From Gracilinanus agilis (Eukaryota): a stretch of 64,000 nucleotides of DNA. How positions within the stretch are numbered: the first letter of the stretch is position 1; every line of letters starts with the position of its first letter. The stretch covers positions 172,480,514 to 172,544,513 of the forward strand of contig NC_058133.1 in the NCBI RefSeq assembly GCF_016433145.1, given 5' to 3'. This document shows positions 35,800 to 47,698 of this stretch, piece after piece. The position numbers were made by a program, and so were the translations under genes. The notes beneath the pieces were generated by a model. It did not search any database. It saw nothing but the letters and a program-made list of their open reading frames with translations, and had not been told where the DNA came from.

Positions 35800-37903
35800 G
35801 TACGTGTTCTTCGGCCTCCTCGCCTTTCTGACCCCTGGCCCAGGTCCTCCCTGGACCCCTTGGGCAGCTCCTTTCCCTCATTTCCTCCTTTGGAAAATGA
35901 GGGGATTAGACTAGATGATGGCAGCCCCAAGCATTTACTTTGCGTGTTCCCTCCCTGTATGAGGTGCGAGGGTGCAGGCAGAAACACTGTCCCTCCTCCC
36001 AAGGAGCTCCCATTCCGGTGGAGGAGGCAACATAAAAAAGTGACCCATAGAGAAGGTGAGGCAGAGCTGCTGGGGAGGCCTGGGAAGAGCCTCCTGTTGT
36101 ACCATCAGGGACGGGGCTATCCATTGGAGGGGAGGAGGGGAGGGCATTCCAAACGCTGCAAAGGTGTGGAGGTCAGAGATGGAGCAGTTTTGTGTGGCAG
36201 GAGAACCCTGGGGGCTGGGGGTTGGGGTCAAGCCTGCAGAGGGCTCCAGGGGTCTCTCTCCATAGCATCCAGAAGGGCCCATCCGCCTCCTGTGTGGGAG
36301 GAACTAATGGCTCTGTTGCTGATCTTGGCGGCTCCATCTGCTCAGCATTCCCCCCCACGCCAGTGTGCCCAGTCACCCTCTCCCCTGAAGCCGCCCTGGC
36401 TCCCTGGCCCTCCTAGGGTGCAGAGCTCGGAACACACATAAGCCCTTCATGGCCTGACCTCCATGGCTCTCCCCAGCTAATGAGACGCTGTTCCAGTCAC
36501 ATGCTCTGGGCTTGCGCCTCAATGTCTATTGGATGTTCCCTGTGAATACCTTCCCATATTCCTGCTCTCATGCCTTCGCGTGTCCCCAGCCTTACCTCCA
36601 CTTCCCAAACATGAGCCTCTCTCGAAGGGTCAGCTTGTGTGCCACCTCCTCTAAGTTTAATCATTACAAAACCTTCCTTGATTTCTCCAAGTTCTGGTCC
36701 CTTGGTTTATATTTGCTCATTTATGTACCTTTGTTCGGGCAGGTAGGTGGCACAGGGAATAGAGTACTCCTGAGTTCAAATCTGGCCTCAGCCATGTAGT
36801 GGCTAGGAGACCCTGGGCAAGCCACTTAAGCCTGTGGGCCTCAGTTTCCTCATTTGTAAAAATGAGCCAGAGAAGGCAATGGCAAGCCACTTCCCCAGAA
36901 GGAGAATCACGGAGACTCAGACGTGACTGAACAACAATCACAAACTCATGTTCTCTCACTGATGGGATCTGAGCTCCTCAAGGGTGGAGTTTCTGTTCTT
37001 TCCTCTTACCTCTGGAAGTGCCTGGTAAAATGGAAACGTAATCATTAAAACTTATTGAAGTGAAAGGGGAACCAAAGAAAAAGAGAGGGATGAGTTGAAT
37101 TAATTGAATGTCAGGCTTCTCCACACCCACAGGAAAGGGGGTGGCCAGGCATGAGCCCTCCCCTGGAATCCTGAGCCACCAGGTGGTCTGGTCCAACCCC
37201 TCATTTTACAGATGAGGAAAGGCGAGTATGGACCCCTAGTTCATAGCAGAGCCAGAACTGGATCTCAGGTTCTCAGGCTCCAAGTCCAGAGCTATTTCCT
37301 CTACACCACAACTTTGAAGTGTTAATCAAGTGCCTCCCCCTCCCCCGCCATGAACTTGGTTTCAGGGTGAGAGTATTTTTAAAACTGCATTTCATTATAA
37401 TGGATTTCCTTTGTAATCCCATGCACTTTATTTATTTTAAGCCCTTACCTTTCATTTAAAACATTATTCTGAAAAGGAGTCCATGGTAAGTTAAAAGTTA
37501 AGAATCCCTACATTAGGTCCTGGTTCTTTGGGCAGTGTGGGCACAGCACTAGCTACCATCATGGCAGAATGAGAGCTCCAAAGAGAAGCCCGAGTGTCAA
37601 GTTTCTGCCCCGTCTGCCACAGATAAAGAGAGGGCATGGAGAGAACCCAGGTGCTTCCCCTGGGGAAGGAAGGTTTGCTTTACACGTCCTAGAACAGACG
37701 CTCTCCTCACCTCGGCTTTCCGATAGACATCGTGCCAGGCTTGTGCCAGAGAGGGGCCCTGGGGACTCCTGGATCCAGTGTCGGCCTCTAGCTGGAGTCA
37801 GACTGCAGATTCAGACAGGTGGGGGGCAGCCAGCCGCCCCCCCCCTCCATAATAACTGTGCTTTCTCCCCCACTCCTTCCTTCTGCACCTTCCTGTGGCC
37901 CAG

Positions 37904-38025
37904 GGCTCCTGGATGTGTACGGGTTTGAATGTTTCCCCAACAACAACCTGGAGCAGCTATGCATTAACTATGCCAATGAGAAGCTGCAGCAACACTTTGT
38001 GGCTCACTACCTGCGAGCCCAGCAA
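37904..38025 (+). CDS. MYO19: MYO19 exon with switch II ([41 protein letters not shown])
   Basis: cccag| and |gtacgg; 122 nt; DVYGFE and [13 protein letters not shown]. Confidence 0.97.
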
Positions 38026-38326
38026 GTACGGAGCGAGGGGCAGGGTGGGCAGGGAAAGCGGGGAATGGGCTGTATGGCTCAGTGGCCACAGAACTGTGGC
38101 TAGGGCTGGGTGGTGCGGGGAAGATGACTAGCCTCTTTGGTGCTCCTGAGTGCACCTTCTGGTGCAGGGCCTTAGGAACAAGGCAGGGTTTCATCCCAAA
38201 CTGCTGCCTCCTTAAATGCCCATATTTGATTTGGCCTGACCTCTAGAGGCCAGAATGTCCAGGAGCTCAGGTCACTCCTGCCCCTTCCCCCTGCTCACCC
38301 TCAACCCTGCTTTTCTATGGCTCCAG

Positions 38327-38440
38327 GAGGAATATGCTGCAGAGGGCTTGGAGTGGTCTTTCATCAGCTACCAGGACAATCAGAGCTGCCTGGACCTGAT
38401 TGAAGGAAATCCTGTGAGCATCTGTTCCCTCATAAATGAG
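38327..38440 (+). CDS. MYO19: MYO19 exon (EEYAAEGLEWSFISYQDNQSCLDLIEGNPVSICSLINE)
   Basis: ctccag| and |gtgaga; 114 nt. Confidence 0.97.
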
Positions 38441-38762
38441 GTGAGAAGGAAAGGGGGTGGGGGGCACTGGGCTGATGAGTCACTTGAGTACAGAAGGTTT
38501 GAGCCTCAGTGGGCATCCACACTAAATCCAATATTGTGAGGGCCCCCCTCCCCCAAGTGGAGAAGACAGTGAGAGCTACTTAAGGAGGAGAGAACGGTGG
38601 CTTGGCCCATGACTAGCCACTGCATTGCCAGGAGGGGGAGGGAGGAAGGAAGGAAGGGTAGGGAATAGCCTGAGTTTTAAAACCACAGGAATAATCAGAA
38701 CAGTGTAAATGTAGTTTCTTTGTTCTTGCTCTCATCTTCATTCTCGTGTTGTTTCTATGCAG

Positions 38763-38939
38763 GAGTGTCGCCTCAATAGATTGTCCAACAGCATCCAGCT
38801 CCAGACTCGAATTGAGAAGGCCCTGTCCAGCAATGCCAGCCTGAGCCGAAACAAGCTTAGCAAGGAGCCCAATTTTATCATCTCTCACTATGCTGGTCCC
38901 GTGCAGTATCAGATCGAGGGCATGGTTGAGAAAAATAAG
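38763..38939 (+). CDS. MYO19: MYO19 exon (ECRLNRLSNSIQLQTRIEKALSSNASLSRNKLSKEPNFIISHYAGPVQYQIEGMVEKNK)
   Basis: tatgcag| and |gtcagc; 177 nt; HYAG.V.Y...G.VEKNKD motif. Confidence 0.96.
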
Positions 38940-41039
38940 GTCAGCAGAAAGCAAGGGAAGCCTGGATCCTTAGTTACGATAACAGTGCTCAGTGACCTTT
39001 AAAGAACTTCCTACAGAGGGCTTTTACCAGATACTCAGAGGTGGAAAGGGAGGGTCTGTTCTATCAGATCCCCAAGGGGTGGTCTTTCAGCCTCCTTGAT
39101 GTGAAGATGTTTAGAGAGAGTGAACCTCCAGCCTTCCTTGGCAGCTTGTTCTGCCAAGGAACTCCCATTTGTGAGAACTCCCTACAGGTTCCATCCACTC
39201 CCCATGGTCCTGTCCTCTGCTTTGTGTCAGACACTGCCCTGGGCTCCAGGGACCAAAATGAAACAGGCTCAAGGTACTTACCTAAGACAATAATATGTAC
39301 ACATGGAGAGAGTTATGGTTTAATTTTGGGAGGGTCACAAAAAACTTAATGGATATGATGGTGCTTGGGCTGATTCTTACAGGAAGCAAGGATTCTCTGG
39401 GGTAGAAGTAAGAAGGGAACAATGCAAGTCTAGAAAAGCATGGAGCAGGATATTGGAATGATACATTCGAGGGACATCAAGAAGGGCAGGATAGTTTGAA
39501 TGGACCAGAGGGTACAAAGAGAATAATATCAAATAGGGTTGGGGGTCAGATCATCAAGGGCTTTAAATGCCAGAGGAGGAATGTGTGTTTGATCCCAGAA
39601 GGCACTAACCTCTGTAGTATATTGAATTTGGAGAGTGGCCTGGTAAGATCTTAGGACAGTCACCTTGGCAGTTGTGTAGACAGACTTGAAGGAACACCAA
39701 ATGAGGAGCTTAATTCAGTGGTCCAGTGAGAGGTGAACCAGGGTAATGGTCATTGGGTAGAGAATGGGATAGGTTCAAGAGATGTTGTGGAAGTAGAAGT
39801 GGCAGAATTTGGCAAATGATCAGATAAGTGGAGTGATGGAGAGTGAAGAGTGGAGGATACTACCAGGTTGCAAACCCTGAAAGATGAGTGTCCACAACAG
39901 ACATAGGGAAGGTCAGAAGAGGGATGAATTTCATTTTATAGATAATGAGTTTGAGATGTCTATGAGACAGCCAGCTTGAAATATCCAGGAAGTAGTTAGT
40001 AATGTAGGACTTGGAACTGGGCATATAGACCTAAGAATCATATCCAAGTTATAGTTAAACCCCCAGGGAGGATCCAGGGATTGAAATGGAATGGTTAGAC
40101 AGATTAGGCAGAAGGAAGGCCAGGAGAGAGCAGCAGCCAAAAAAGAAAAGAGAATGTATCCAAGAGGAAAAGTGTGGTCAGCAGCATGCAAAACAGAAAG
40201 GTTGAGATGATGAAAATTTAGACACAGAAGTAAATTCCTCTGCCTGGTCCAGAAGTGCACAAAAAGATGGCCAGAAGTTGGTAGAGGCTGGAAAAAAGGG
40301 ATTAGACCTGGGAAGCCAGCATATGTGCAAGTGTCCAGTCTACAACTCACAGGGAGAGGAGCCATACTAGGGAAGGTACAGCATGGAAGCCAGCCAGTGT
40401 GAGCTACACTAACTTCCAAGTTCCAGTATTGCCTGTCGGAACCAGGATAACTCTGTGCCTGATGCCAGTGTGGTCCCCATGAGGGCCTAACAAAAACCAG
40501 AGGATGGAACCTGCTCCTGATCAGGGATTGTGTAAGGAGACAACAAATGCTTGTCAAGGCTGGAATCCAAAGTGACCAGGAGATTTAGAACTAAACCAGG
40601 GATTGAAGGTAGAGAACAGCCATCCTCACCCCCATCAGCAGCAGGGAAAGGAGCAAACAAAGCCTACCTTAACCCATCTATGAGGGTAGGAGGGGACTGC
40701 CTGAGCACAATATTTTATGGCTAGAAGTATGAGTAAACAGAAGAAAACAAACATGAAAAAATATCCCAAAGGTAAACTCCAAAGACAGCAGCCCCCTGCA
40801 ATAAGAAATTCAGAGGAAAAGAATGACTTGGTCACAAGAACTACAAAAGTGACCAGAAGAAATGAAGTAGGGGATTTAAAAATGAAAGAGAGAAAACCTA
40901 GATCTACCAATTAAGAGATCATTGGTATATTTGGAGAAAGCAATTATTGTTGAGTGGGATGGCAGGTAGATCGCAGAGGGTTGAGGAGTGAGAAGAGAGG
41001 AAGTAAGTGGGGACAGTGAGTACAAATGGCCCTTTTTTT

Positions 41040-41228
41040 CTTTTCTTTTTAAAAAAGCTGTCTTAGAATCAAGTCTTAAGTATTTGGTTCCAAAGCAGAG
41101 GAGTGGTAAGAGCTAGGCAATAATAAATAAAATGACTTGCCCAGGGTCACACACCTAGGAAGTGTCTGAGGCTAGAAGACCTTCCATCTCCAGGCCTAGC
41201 TCTCACACTGAGCCACCTTGATGTTCCT
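41040..41228 (-). mobile_element. SINE1-type element
   Basis: Consensus body and poly-T tail. Confidence 0.75.
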
Positions 41229-41291
41229 AGATGACTTGTTCTAAAAGTTTGATTGAGAAAGGGAAGAGAGATATAGGGAGACAGTTTAAGG

Positions 41292-41350
41292 CAGTGATGG
41301 GCAAACTATTTCCCATAGGCCACATCCAGGCTGTAGTTTGCCCATCACTG
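41292..41350. mobile_element. 59-bp miniature hAT MITE
   Basis: Perfect TIRs CAGTGATGGGCAAACTA, same family termini as 52654-52858. Confidence 0.8.
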
Positions 41351-42111
41351 CCTTAAGCAATTCCTGGTTTAAGGGGATGGTAGGACATTTTTTAAAAAAG
41401 GATGAGGGAGACTTGAACATTTGGTAAGCAGTAAGGAAGGAAAGAGTAGACAGGAAGATAGTGAAGCTGAGGGAGGGATGATTGAGATTGAGAGTATAGT
41501 CTGAAGAAAGAGAAAATCAAATCAAGGATGGGCCTTGGCAAGGAGAAAGGGCCACCTCGTGGCAAAGGACTTTGACATGAAAAGAGAGGGAAAGAAGGGA
41601 GCTCACATCAGTCTCCATTTTTTCAGTAAGAGGCAGGGGGGCCTCAGCTGGGAAAGTGGAGTGAGGGGAAAGTGAGGTACACTGGGGGAGAGAAATGAGT
41701 AATAGTTTTTGTGGTGAGTGAACTAGGGAATCAATTAGAGAGAAATAAAAGGACCACCTTGTTGCAGTGAAGACCTTGTTGGAGCTTGGTGATGTGAATC
41801 TTTGAGTACCCAGTTAGCATGGTTGTGTGATGTCTTCCAGTCCCATTCCGCAGCACATGAGTTTAGGAGTGAGTAAGGTAGGAGTAATTCAAGGTTGGGT
41901 TTGGGGAAACAGGATTATCAAGAGGACAAGGAGGCAAAGGATTAGAGACTAGAGGATAGTGTGGAGTTCAGTTGGTTAACCGTAGGCTCCAAACTGGGAG
42001 GGGGGAAGGAAAGGAAAGTCAGAGTATGAGTGATAGTTGAGGAAGTGTTTCTGGCAGGTGGAGGGATTGAAGGAAAAAATGAAATGGAAGATAGGTTTTT
42101 AGGGATAATTT

Positions 42112-42292
42112 AGGTAGCCAAGTGGCTGGAGAGCCAGGCCTAGACTAGATTCTGGGTTCAAATCTGGCCTCAGATGCTTAAGTTGTGTGATCCTGGGTGA
42201 GTCACTAAACCTCGACTGCCCCTTCCTGTTCTGCCTTGGAACCAATACTTCATATCAATTCTAAGACCGAAGGTAAGGGTTAAGAAAAAAGG
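42112..42292 (+). mobile_element. SINE1-type element
   Basis: ggtagccaagtgg head, gttcaaatctggcctcag box B, A-rich tail. Confidence 0.75.
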
Positions 42293-42844
42293 AATAGGTT
42301 TAGAAGGAGGCACAGGGAGGACTGAAGTGATAGGTTATGGTCCGATAAAAGAATTAAGAGTTTGATGATAAAAGTAGAACTCTTGTAGGTGATGATGACC
42401 TTTAACCATCCCTGTATGTGTGGCTGAGATGCAGGAATAGGTCATGGAACCTTATTGAGATTAAGGAAATGGACATTAGGAAGTTTAAGAGAGCATCAGC
42501 ATGAAGATTTGTCTGACTGCACATAGGCCTTGGATCTGGCTAAACAGTGTGAAGTGGACTCTTTTTCTATGTAGTTAGTACCTGTGTCCAGAGTGGATGG
42601 AGCTCGGGGAGACTGTGAGGTAGAGAAAAGGGTTCTGGAACCCAAGGACCCCGAGTTCAAATCCCACCTCTACCAGTTTACTTTCTGTGTGGCCTTAGGC
42701 AAGTGACTTTACCTCGTTGGGGTTCAAATTCCTGGAATTGGATTAGATGGCCTCTGAGGTGCCTATGATCCCCAGCCCTGTTCAGAAGGGTAGGGGAATG
42801 GGTAGTGGTCATCCTTGGCCATCTGTTCCATGCTGCCCCCACAG

Positions 42845-42991
42845 GATCCAGTTCCCCCAGAGCTGACTAAGCTCCTGCAGCATTCCCAGGACTCTCTGCT
42901 TCAGCAACTGTTTCCTTCCCAAGAAAAGGAACAGAATGACCCTTCAAACCAGAGCAGAGCCCCTGTAGTTACTGTGGTATCCAAATTCAAG
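42845..42991 (+). CDS. MYO19: MYO19 exon (DPVPPELTKLLQHSQDSLLQQLFPSQEKEQNDPSNQSRAPVVTVVSKFK)
   Basis: cccacag| and |gtaggt; 147 nt; loop 2 region. Confidence 0.96.
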
Positions 42992-43474
42992 GTAGGTCTG
43001 ATAAAGTTGTCTGATAAAGAGTCTTCCCCCACCTCTCCTGGGGACACCTAGATCTTGGAGCATTTCTAGTACTCCTGTCTTAAATCCCCCCTTCCCAGAT
43101 ATTCCAGGAAGACCAATTATTTACTGAGCAGAGCCAGTAGTGTCCTAGCCCCTGGGTAGGAATTGGGAAGAATAGAAGGGAAGAGAAAACCCTTCTCTTG
43201 GAGAATTAATGACCTCCTTAGAAGAGGAAGGACCAGACGATTCTGGTACTGAAACAAAGTATTCCATGGCCCCTGCTTCAAAGCTCTCAGGGAATTTGGG
43301 GGGGGGGGGAGGGAATAAGTGCTGGCACCTTAGGGTTTTTGAGGGATCAGGCTGACTCTTGTCCTGATCCCTATCTAAAGAGAAGCTCCAAGTAACCAAA
43401 AGGCAAATGAGGACAGCCACTAATTCCCTGACCATCCTGGCTCTTTTTTCTCCTCTCATCTGGCACCTCCACAG

Positions 43475-43582
43475 GGTTCCCTGGAGCAACTCATGCAGGT
43501 CCTGCACAGCACGACACCCCATTATATTCGTTGCATCAAACCCAATAGCCAAGGCCAGGCTAAGAAGTTCCAGGCAAAAGAG
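43475..43582 (+). CDS. MYO19: MYO19 exon (GSLEQLMQVLHSTTPHYIRCIKPNSQGQAKKFQAKE)
   Basis: ccacag| and |gtgatt; 108 nt; PHYIRCIKPN motif. Confidence 0.97.
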
Positions 43583-43693
43583 GTGATTGACTGTAGCGAC
43601 CCCCCTCCTTCTCCATCACTTCTTCTCCCTCATCCTCTCTCCTTCCCCCCCCCCCCAGTGTCTTCAGCCCCCATCTGACTTAAACCTTGCCAG

Positions 43694-43764
43694 GTCCTGA
43701 GCCAGCTTGAAGCCTGTGGCATAGTGGAGACTGTTCACATCAGTGCTGCTGGTTTTCCCATCAG
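43694..43764 (+). CDS. MYO19: MYO19 exon (VLSQLEACGIVETVHISAAGFPIR)
   Basis: ttgccag| and |gtgagt; 71 nt; SH1/SH2 helix region. Confidence 0.96.
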
Positions 43765-44251
43765 GTGAGTTCAAGCCAACCCCAAATACTTAGTAAGTGT
43801 CCCATACGCTGTAGAAGGTCCATAGATGACTTATTCCCTTTTTCATTGTCCAGTTGGGTATGTGTCATGTACCCAGATGAATGCAATGCCAGGTTGTGTG
43901 ACTGAGCAGGAGATGATGTTGAGGGTGGCTTTAGGAAAACTGGAGTTGGGAGAGGACACTTTTACTTCATGGGGTTGCATCACCTGAATTAAGCCCCAAG
44001 GAAGTTCTGTGAGATACCTAGTCTTGATAAACTGTTACCACCTCCATTTTCAAGTGAGGAGACTGAAGCTCTTAAGACAGTGATGTTTTCAATTGTGCAC
44101 TGTAGTCAAAAGTCCTCAAGCCATATACCCTCCCCCCAAATATATGTGTACTTGTAAATTACAATAGTTTTACTACTGCATTTATAATTACCTGCATTCT
44201 AAAATCTATACAAATTCTAGAAATCAAAAAAGAATAGTAAAGATGAAAACA

Positions 44252-44413
44252 TTGGCTCCAAGGCAGAAGAGTGGTAAGGGTAGGCAATGGGAGTCAAGAG
44301 ACTTGCCTTGCCCAGGGTCACACAGCTGGGAAGTGTCTGAAGCCAGATTTGAACCTAGGACCTCCCGTCTCTAGACCTGGCTCTCAATCCACTTGAGCCA
44401 CCCAGCTGCCCCC
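44252..44413 (-). mobile_element. SINE1-type element (tail missing)
   Basis: Near-identical to 13045-13217. Confidence 0.85.
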
Positions 44414-45196
44414 TAATTTTAATATTTTTAACATGGATTGAAGACCCACTCTGACTTCATTTGGAAGATTTTTAAAACATAAGAAAAAATGTTCTTTCAG
44501 AGTTTGTATGAAGATAGATACTTTTATAGGTTCTCCGCCAGGAGAAAAGGGTGATGGATAGTGTCAGAGGCTGCCAAAAGGCCAAGGAGGATGAGAATTG
44601 AAAGACCATTAGATCTTAGGTAAATTAAGAGATCATTGGTCCCTTTGGAGAGAGCTATTTTAGTTGAATGTAAGACCTCAAGGATTAAGAAGGTTAAGAG
44701 TTTAGGATATTGGAAGACTAGTGGTGCCCTTAAGGGAAATTGTGATATTAGTAAGTGTTGTAGTGGAAAAAGATTATGTAACAAACTGAGATTTCATCCA
44801 TACCTACTCATTCTATGAAGCTCACTTCTATTGAAAAACTGACTGTTGGGTGCAATGCAGGGGATTGCCTGACTGTCAGAGCCCCAGAGCACATAACCCA
44901 CCTCCTGAGGTGCCTGGGGCAGCCACAAGGTGGACTGGGGCATGGGAGAGGTAGAAGCTAGCAAAATGAATGCTGGGAAGTATTGAATTATAATATCGGA
45001 TTATGTAATAATATAGTATTGGAGTCAAGACCATGATTAGCTGAGAGGGTACTGGCCTGAGAAGGATATTTTCACACTTACTTGGTCACACTCTAGGGGC
45101 ACATAACTACTAAGTTTCTGAAGGGTGGATTGTAAACTTGGCTCAGGTATCCTGACTCCATGGCCAGTGCCTCCTGACATTATTTTGGCAGCTCTG

Positions 45197-45260
45197 GGAT
45201 GGATGGATGGATGGATGGATGGATGGATGGATGGATGGATGGATGGATGGATGGATGGAT
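45197..45260. repeat. (GGAT)n microsatellite
   Basis: Directly visible. Confidence 0.95.
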
Positions 45261-45413
45261 TGAAGAGGGAAGAAGCTAGAGGCAAGGGAAATGAGTTAAG
45301 AAGCTATTGCAGTAGTTTAGGAGAGGAGTGATGAGGGCCTAATACTTAGGTGTTGAGCAGGCAAGCGACAAGGATGTTGTGGGGGGGGGGGTACAGACAT
45401 TAAGACTTGGCAG

Positions 45414-45758
45414 NNNNNNNNNNNNNNNNNNNNNNNNNNNNNNNNNNNNNNNNNNNNNNNNNNNNNNNNNNNNNNNNNNNNNNNNNNNNNNNNNNNNNNN
45501 NNNNNNNNNNNNNNNNNNNNNNNNNNNNNNNNNNNNNNNNNNNNNNNNNNNNNNNNNNNNNNNNNNNNNNNNNNNNNNNNNNNNNNNNNNNNNNNNNNNN
45601 NNNNNNNNNNNNNNNNNNNNNNNNNNNNNNNNNNNNNNNNNNNNNNNNNNNNNNNNNNNNNNNNNNNNNNNNNNNNNNNNNNNNNNNNNNNNNNNNNNNN
45701 NNNNNNNNNNNNNNNNNNNNNNNNNNNNNNNNNNNNNNNNNNNNNNNNNNNNNNNNNN
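45414..45758. other. Assembly gap (345 N)
   Basis: Run of N; flanking MYO19 exons join in frame, so no coding exon is required in the gap. Confidence 0.98.
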
Positions 45759-47054
45759 GAAGACAGAGTTAAGAGATGAAGCTGCAGTTTCAAACTTAAC
45801 TCCAATCCCACCTAAAACTTAGCCCCAACCTCTTCTACAAACACCTGTTTGAAAGGATTCGAGGCAATTCACAGAATTAAACATGATGGCAAGGAATCAG
45901 GGAATACCAAATTCAAACTGCCCTTTTATCTAATTCCTCTCCCCACCCCCACCACATCCTTTCTAAGACCTCTTTTGTAGCACTCTAGACCCATCTTTTC
46001 CCATGGGTTTAATTGAGAGGGAGGGTTAGGGAATGACAGCAACATTATTTCTAAAAGCTTCTTGTTGCTGAGATAGAACTCTGGGAATTCAGGGCTGCCC
46101 AAAGAGAGGGAGAGGGAACAGGATAGAGATGGGAGGCCCCTGGCTGATGAGCAGGTCACCTAGGCAGGAAAAGGACTCTGGGGAGTGCCAAGGGCAGCCT
46201 GGATCACGTAAACTCCATGACCAGTCAGCGTCCTTAAGAGCAGATGTTCAGTCACTTCATTGCAGGAAGCCATCAAAGCCCGTGACGTTTAGCACAGCTC
46301 GTCACCAGCTCTGATGAACCTGCAAAGCAGGTTGTCAGGAGGATGGAAATTTCTCACTCGGTTTCCCCTATGTGACTCTTTTCTCAATAGCATTCACTTG
46401 TATGGCAATCAGTATCCTTATTTAGCCCCAAGGGAGACACCAGAAAACAATGCAGGTTCATGGCAAGAACAACCACAGTCACAGATTACTCACTATCCCT
46501 AAATAAACTCCCATAATACAGAAACTTCCCCTAGAATCATCCCTGCAATAAACCAGCAGTTAGTGAGTTAATGCAAGTTTCTAAATTCCCCAGCAAGAAT
46601 GTACCTGGCCTGGGTTTGTTCCCAAACTCCCACAGACCAAGGAAACAGTGAAATACAAGGAAAACAGGAATGACAAATTAGCACAAAATCACTCATCCAG
46701 AACTGCATTCTTATTAACCCCATAACAGAAAGAACAGCAAACATACTTTTTAAAAATAGTGAAAAATGAAAGAATATAATGGGAACAAAATTTGGACCAG
46801 GCTGATATTATTGTATCTTTTTTGATGTAATCAACTACCATAACCATAACGGATGGCTGAAAATAATAAAGTTCCAACTAAGTCATTCCGTAATGAATAA
46901 TTTTTGACAAGCTTGCTTCTTTGTTTAACCACAGTAAGATAATTAGTAAATGCCAATCATATGATATTTCAAAAGTTAATATGTGATAGTGAATGTATGG
47001 GAAAATCAAAACCTGTATGAGATCAAAAAGAAAAAAAGGGTATAAAAATAAAAA

Positions 47055-47070
47055 TCAGCAGATGGCACCA
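47055..47070 (+). promoter_or_regulatory. CTCF-like motif TCAGCAGATGGCACCA
   Basis: Close match to CTCF core consensus CCAGCAGRKGGCRS; motif only. Confidence 0.4.
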
Positions 47071-47585
47071 GAGAGAACAGCCACTGCAATTCCACTTGCA
47101 TTCTGGCTCATTTTCATTCCATTTTTGCCACGCCATCCCACCTCCAGAGACGACACCCCCACCCCGAGCGAAGATCTGGGGTAGTTATACCCCTAAGTGC
47201 TCAAGTGAGGGCAAGAACAATGTGAAGGTTAAATGAAGAACCTGGGGGGAGACAGGCCTTTACTAAAGGCCAGGAAGAGCTGTTTATTTCCACAGTAAGC
47301 AGGCCTAGCAGTAGTAGTGTCTGATTTTGCCTGCATCCTTTCTTCCTCAGCTTTTACTCCTGTGGTTCCCTCTGTTCCTATAGGGGAAATTGTTTAAGCA
47401 AAGACTGAATGAATGACTCCCAGGGGTGGTCTAGAGAAGATTCACAATCTGGATTGGGGCTGGATTAGCTACTCTTCATAGTCCCTTTGATACTTGTAGG
47501 GGTAGAATCCTCATTAATAAAAAAAAAATCTCAAAATAAAGGGCCAGCATCAGTGATGAGTTGATGGTTTCCCTTGGGTTCTCAG

Positions 47586-47698
47586 AGTCTCTTTCCAGAG
47601 TTTCCTTGAACGGTATGCCCTGCTAAGAAAGTCTTGTCCACCCCAGCCAAGCCTCTCTGCCAGACTACCCAGCTCTTCTCCCACAAGGAAGCCCTCTG
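47586..47698 (+). CDS. MYO19: MYO19 exon (VSFQSFLERYALLRKSCPPQPSLSARLPSSSPTRKPS)
   Basis: ttctcag| and |gtgagt; 113 nt; phase 2 matches previous exon (FPIR-VS). Confidence 0.92.

Larger units (their letters stand above)
39270..42500. mobile_element. Cluster of degraded L2 fragments with SINE and MITE insertions
   Basis: Purine-rich L2-like motifs (atgagtttgagatgtctatgagacagcc, gggtagaagtaag); boundaries approximate. Confidence 0.55.

Noticed and set aside
35746-36441. 231-aa + strand ORF
   Set aside because: Out of frame with the MYO19 exon it overlaps, runs through GC-rich intron, no recognisable domain; stop-poor by composition.
39931-40557. 208-aa - strand ORF
   Set aside because: Antisense read of purine-rich degraded L2 sequence; not an RT-like translation.
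42600-42680. tRNA-like box A/B sequence
   Set aside because: It is the tRNA-derived head of a MIR-type SINE; no complete cloverleaf. The same applies to other SINE heads.
45317-45822. ORFs full of X
   Set aside because: Artefacts of the 345-N assembly gap.
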